The notes below the pieces were generated by a model. It was given only the letters and a program-made list of their open reading frames with translations, ran no database searches and was not told the DNA's origin. From a virus, in IMG/VR virus record IMGVR_UViG_3300012944_000005: a stretch of DNA of 64,000 nucleotides; one strand, 5' to 3'. The translations under genes were made by a program, and so were the position numbers. Shown in pieces: positions 60,391 through 64,000 of the stretch. Position 1 is the first letter of the stretch. Every line of letters begins with the position of its first letter.

Positions 60391-62441
60391 AACGTCAGCG
60401 CCTCCTGTCGCGGCCGGTGGTAGGTATCGTCATAGAGTTTGCCGTCAATTCGCTGCAATTCGAAGGCAATTTCATCGGCTGCCTGCTCCGCGCTGCGAAG
60501 GCGAAAGCCGAGTGCGAGACAGAGTTGGTAGGGGTTTTCTATCTCGGGGTGAGAGATGGTAACGTAATCACCGGGGAGTACCTTGAACGCCTCAGCATTC
60601 CCCACCAGGAAATATCTAACTGGATTATCAAACTCCAGCCGCGCGCGGTATTCGATAAGTCGGAAAGCCTGGCTGAAGGTCATATTAGTGAATTCGCGCT
60701 CGGAGCGTATCTCGCCGACTTTTAGAATCGCCCGCTCGCGGCGGGTGTGTTCAGGAGTAAAATCCGGCGGCTCGACAGATGCGGCGCCGAGGAAGCCATC
60801 ATCGAGGTCGCGGAATCTTGCAATGAATCGGTTCGCCCTGCGCCGCATGTCTACGACCGAGATATTGACGCCGCCGCCGATGATATTGCTGGAAGTGAAA
60901 TGATGAACCGGCGCGCGATCGATCGGCGGAAGAAAGATCAGCTTGCTCCCCTCGTCCTGCCAGAAAGTCGCAGACAAGCCCGTAATTTGGTCGAGGGCCT
61001 GGGCGAGCGATAGGTCACCGGCGAAAGCGATGTGAGCTTCAAAACGAGGGATAAATACATTCGTACCGCTGCCGTCGCGGTCCCAAGCTATGAGCGCATC
61101 ACAAAAGTCTCGCCACTCAACCCAGGAAGGCCAATAGATACGGTCGCGGAATTTCTCTCTGGCGAGCGGAATATTGTTGCGATACCTTCGCTCATAAAAA
61201 TGAAGGATTCTATCCGCCGCTACCCTTGCAGGATTCGCTGAGTATCCATAATCGACCTCTGCCCCCGTCGCGTCGAAGTTGAAAACCCTCCTGCACTTCG
61301 CGCGAACTTTAAGGCCATCAGGGCGATCCTGTGCCGATTGGGTCGTGTTTAATCTTACCGTGGCATGCGCCGAGCCGTTGTAAGCCAGTCCGCTCGGCCA
61401 AGCACTAAGATTCTGTGCCTGAATCAAATCGTTGTGATCGGGCGCGATAATGCCGGGGCGGAAAATGTATCCACTGTTACCGCTCGTTGTGCTAATCCAG
61501 CGCACTACCGGACCCCAAGTCGCCGCTCCGCCGAAGAGAAGGAAGGCCGCGCCATCGATAGTCGTCCCTTCCAACCCAACCTGGCTAGCAAGAATATCCA
61601 GCCGCTGCCATGATCCTGTTGGGCCTATTGAGGCGCTGAGCTGGCGGCGCGAGTTCGTGCCGTTCACGCCTAGCGCGATCGAATTCGCGCCCCAATAGGC
61701 GCGGTGCTCGAAGTCTGCTCCGATCGAGAATTGCAGCATTATCTCGGTCGGCGGATTCACCGGATCAATGAATATCCAACACGAAATTACATCGCCCGTT
61801 CCAATCGCCAGCCCCTGCGCGCCCCCGAAACTATGGTCATGCTGGCCGGCTATGACGGGCGATTGGTGAGAGTATTTGCCGAGATAGGGCGGCGGGCTGG
61901 CTGATACCCAGTTCCAGCCATCCAGGTTTGTGGCCGCAATAGCGCCCGGTGGCAACCTATCCCGGAACCATTCTGTCAAGCTGAAGCGGTTCGCAAGCTC
62001 TTCGCCGAGATACCAGGCCTTTACTATCCCCTCCCATTCGCCGTGTCCCCCTAAGCCGCCCCACCCTTCACCGAGGACGAGAGTAAACGTGTTGCGCGGA
62101 ACACCCGGCTCGTACAAATGCGAAACCAGCGTCCCGCTCAGCAGCCTCTCACCGTAATCAATCGGAATTGCCGCACCTTCTTCGGTCTCCATCCGCGCGG
62201 CCTGATCAACTTGCGCAACGCTAAGACCGCCCGCGAGTTCCTGTGCGTTTGTGATGGGGGTTGGAAGCGAGGCGGGCGCTGGCATGGCAAGCGGTGACGT
62301 CTGTATAGATGGGCCGGTAAAGCTCCCTCTGTCACTAAAGCTCTCGTCGAGGGGCACATCGCTGAGGACGGGCTCGAAACGGATATATCGCGGCCCGCCG
62401 GCGCGGTGTTGAGAGCGAGAATTTAAGAGCGGGAAAGCCAT
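60387..62441 (-). CDS. tail-tip / host specificity protein (gpJ-like central tail hub)
   Basis: Start at MAFPLLNS (ATG 62441). Large protein following a gpL-like gene. The C-terminal half resembles the phage-tail_3 type region. Confidence 0.5.
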   Translation of the reverse strand: MAFPLLNSRSQHRAGGPRYIRFEPVLSDVPLDESFSDRGSFTGPSIQTSPLAMPAPASLPTPITNAQELAGGLSVAQVDQAARMETEEGAAIPIDYGERLLSGTLVSHLYEPGVPRNTFTLVLGEGWGGLGGHGEWEGIVKAWYLGEELANRFSLTEWFRDRLPPGAIAATNLDGWNWVSASPPPYLGKYSHQSPVIAGQHDHSFGGAQGLAIGTGDVISCWIFIDPVNPPTEIMLQFSIGADFEHRAYWGANSIALGVNGTNSRRQLSASIGPTGSWQRLDILASQVGLEGTTIDGAAFLLFGGAATWGPVVRWISTTSGNSGYIFRPGIIAPDHNDLIQAQNLSAWPSGLAYNGSAHATVRLNTTQSAQDRPDGLKVRAKCRRVFNFDATGAEVDYGYSANPARVAADRILHFYERRYRNNIPLAREKFRDRIYWPSWVEWRDFCDALIAWDRDGSGTNVFIPRFEAHIAFAGDLSLAQALDQITGLSATFWQDEGSKLIFLPPIDRAPVHHFTSSNIIGGGVNISVVDMRRRANRFIARFRDLDDGFLGAASVEPPDFTPEHTRRERAILKVGEIRSEREFTNMTFSQAFRLIEYRARLEFDNPVRYFLVGNAEAFKVLPGDYVTISHPEIENPYQLCLALGFRLRSAEQAADEIAFELQRIDGKLYDDTYHRPRQEALTL

Positions 62442-63091
62442 CAAATGATCTTTTGAAAAACCTGATTGTCGAGGAACGGCGTGCCCATATGGCGAACGAA
62501 TTTTTCTACCGCGCCCCAACGCCCATCACAGCCGCCCGCGCCGTTGAGAGTGAAATCACAGGTCGGCGGGTCAGTGACAGGCCGGCCGCATTCGGGCGTC
62601 TTATATCCCGCCTGGCAGAGTCGCCGGATATGGCGGAACGGGCCGACAGAGACGCCTGAATAGGTGTCGGGAATAATTGTTAATTGAACGGATTGCTCAT
62701 TGGGATCGAGACCGGTAACGAGTCCGGTTAATAGCGTTTCATGCCATTCAGAACCGCGCTCTAAGTCGGCCCAATATCTACCCACGCGTGCTTCGGCTCC
62801 GAAAAGGAATTCCTCAATAGCAACGAATGCGATTCCGAGAATTGTATCGACATTCTGGATTTCGAGTATCGCTTCGCTCGCGTCGGCCCCGAGATTCGCT
62901 GTAATCTCAGCCGTCGCTCTCAACTCTGGCCGCCAATTGATGCCGTTGAAATTGAGCGTGGCTGTGGCCAGATAATAACTTCGCGTTTCGGCACCAGTGT
63001 TAACCGCGAGTTCCAGCGTGCCATGTGAGCGCATCCGCTGATCGGTACGTCCGATCACGTCGCCCAGCCCTGCGGCCATCAGTCTCGGCAC
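62441..63091 (-). CDS. gpL-like minor tail protein with 4-Cys cluster
   Basis: 216 aa directly after TMP. C-terminal CQAGYKTPEC...PPTCDFTLNGAGGCDGRWG (four Cys). Confidence 0.5.
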   Translation of the reverse strand: MPRLMAAGLGDVIGRTDQRMRSHGTLELAVNTGAETRSYYLATATLNFNGINWRPELRATAEITANLGADASEAILEIQNVDTILGIAFVAIEEFLFGAEARVGRYWADLERGSEWHETLLTGLVTGLDPNEQSVQLTIIPDTYSGVSVGPFRHIRRLCQAGYKTPECGRPVTDPPTCDFTLNGAGGCDGRWGAVEKFVRHMGTPFLDNQVFQKII

Positions 63092-64000
63092 TATCTGCCT
63101 CCCTTTCTGAGCCGCACGTTTTCGATATGGTTGACGACCACCTGCTCGCCGTTGCGGCCGCTCATACCCGTAATCGCTATTCCCTCAGCGTCCACGCTGA
63201 CAAATAACCGATCGATTACGACAGTTCCGCCCGATCCGCTTGAACTAGCAGTCCGAGCATACCCACCGTCCGCGTACCTGCCCGACGTATTGACGGCCGG
63301 GACGCCGGCGCGAGAGAAGACATCCGGCCCAGCTTGGCGCATCACGCCAGCTTGCTGTCCGCGATTGAGAACCAGCTCGCCCGGCGTCAACATTGTCAAT
63401 ACAGAGTCACGTCCACGGTCAATCCCTGACACGAAGCCGCCTGATGCGAATTGTGGTATGAGCCGGCTATCAATCGCTGAGAATCGTGCAGAGTCCGCAG
63501 CCAGGCGCGCAGCGTCGGCAGCTTTGCGCTGCTGTTCAGCGATCAAGGGCGGGATGCGCGCCTGGTAGGTATTTTCGAGATCGCGCACCTGATTGTGCAG
63601 GCGCGAGTCGCGGACACTCGCAGTTTTGAGCGCGCCGATTTGCCGCTTGAACGTGGCGAGGATTTGGCTGTCGAAGATCGAGCGCGCCTGGCTGCCGTCA
63701 ATCTGACCACTCCCTACGCCGGCTGCCAATTGGTCAATGGCTGTGAGAGCCTGCGTGAGAAACTGGCCGGAAGCCTCTTCGTCTTTTCGACGTTGAGCCG
63801 CTTTGCCGAGAAGGATCGAGCCGATCAGCAGCGGGACGCCAATCAACGCTGCCGGCCCCAGCGCCGCCAGCGCTGCCTGAGCTATCCCGCCGCCAGCGCC
63901 AAATACGGAGGCCCCGAACGATACGCCGAGTCCCACCGCGCCAGCGCCGGCAGCTCCGAGGACCTGGCCAGTCTTACTTTGTCCACCCAGTCCGGCGCCG
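63091..64000 (-). CDS. tape measure protein, C-terminal part (ORF enters from the right edge)
   Basis: The frame is open from 64000 down to the stop at 63091. Gly/Ala-rich TM-like stretch, then a coiled coil. Followed by the gpL-like gene. Confidence 0.6.
   Translation of the reverse strand, partial: GAGLGGQSKTGQVLGAAGAGAVGLGVSFGASVFGAGGGIAQAALAALGPAALIGVPLLIGSILLGKAAQRRKDEEASGQFLTQALTAIDQLAAGVGSGQIDGSQARSIFDSQILATFKRQIGALKTASVRDSRLHNQVRDLENTYQARIPPLIAEQQRKAADAARLAADSARFSAIDSRLIPQFASGGFVSGIDRGRDSVLTMLTPGELVLNRGQQAGVMRQAGPDVFSRAGVPAVNTSGRYADGGYARTASSSGSGGTVVIDRLFVSVDAEGIAITGMSGRNGEQVVVNHIENVRLRKGGR

Overview
The whole window reads as one nearly complete temperate siphovirus-type phage genome from a diderm host. 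I saw no host housekeeping genes. The tape-measure gene is cut by the window: its N-terminus is at 1-474 and its C-terminus at 63091-64000, both on the minus strand. That suggests a circular or circularly permuted contig.

Modules, left to right:
- Tail, head-tail joining, capsid, scaffold and portal genes (minus strand, 478-10510).
- A plus-strand accessory operon (10.6-19.5 kb) wedged between portal and terminase.
- Terminase, MuF-like, HNH and fibre-like genes, then an outer-membrane-protein moron and spanin/holin-like genes (19.6-29.3 kb).
- A compact Cas12/TnpB-like gene with a 3-repeat CRISPR mini-array (29.97-31.8 kb).
- A cytosine-5 methyltransferase and a replication/recombination operon (32-44 kb).
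- A divergent HTH switch with palindromic operators (45.5-46.4 kb).
- An integrase next to a 3' fragment of tRNA-Phe, which looks like attP (48.4-49.7 kb).
- A plus-strand late/accessory block with a GH19 endolysin and a second tyrosine recombinase (50-57.4 kb).
- Tail-tip genes (57.4-63.1 kb).

The two most interesting loci:
1. A translationally coupled 10-gene operon. It combines an array-less type IV-B-like Csf1/Csf2/Csf3 set and a CysH-like PP-loop enzyme with a second PP-loop enzyme (IbrA/DndC-like), a ParB-like protein (IbrB/DndB-like), an amino-methyltransferase and three unknown proteins.
2. A phage-borne miniature type V CRISPR system: a roughly 548-aa effector with an intact RuvC triad, 37-nt repeats, two 36-nt spacers and a terminator.

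All family assignments come from motifs read by eye. No database search was run. Several genes look frame-interrupted, so indel errors in the assembly are possible.
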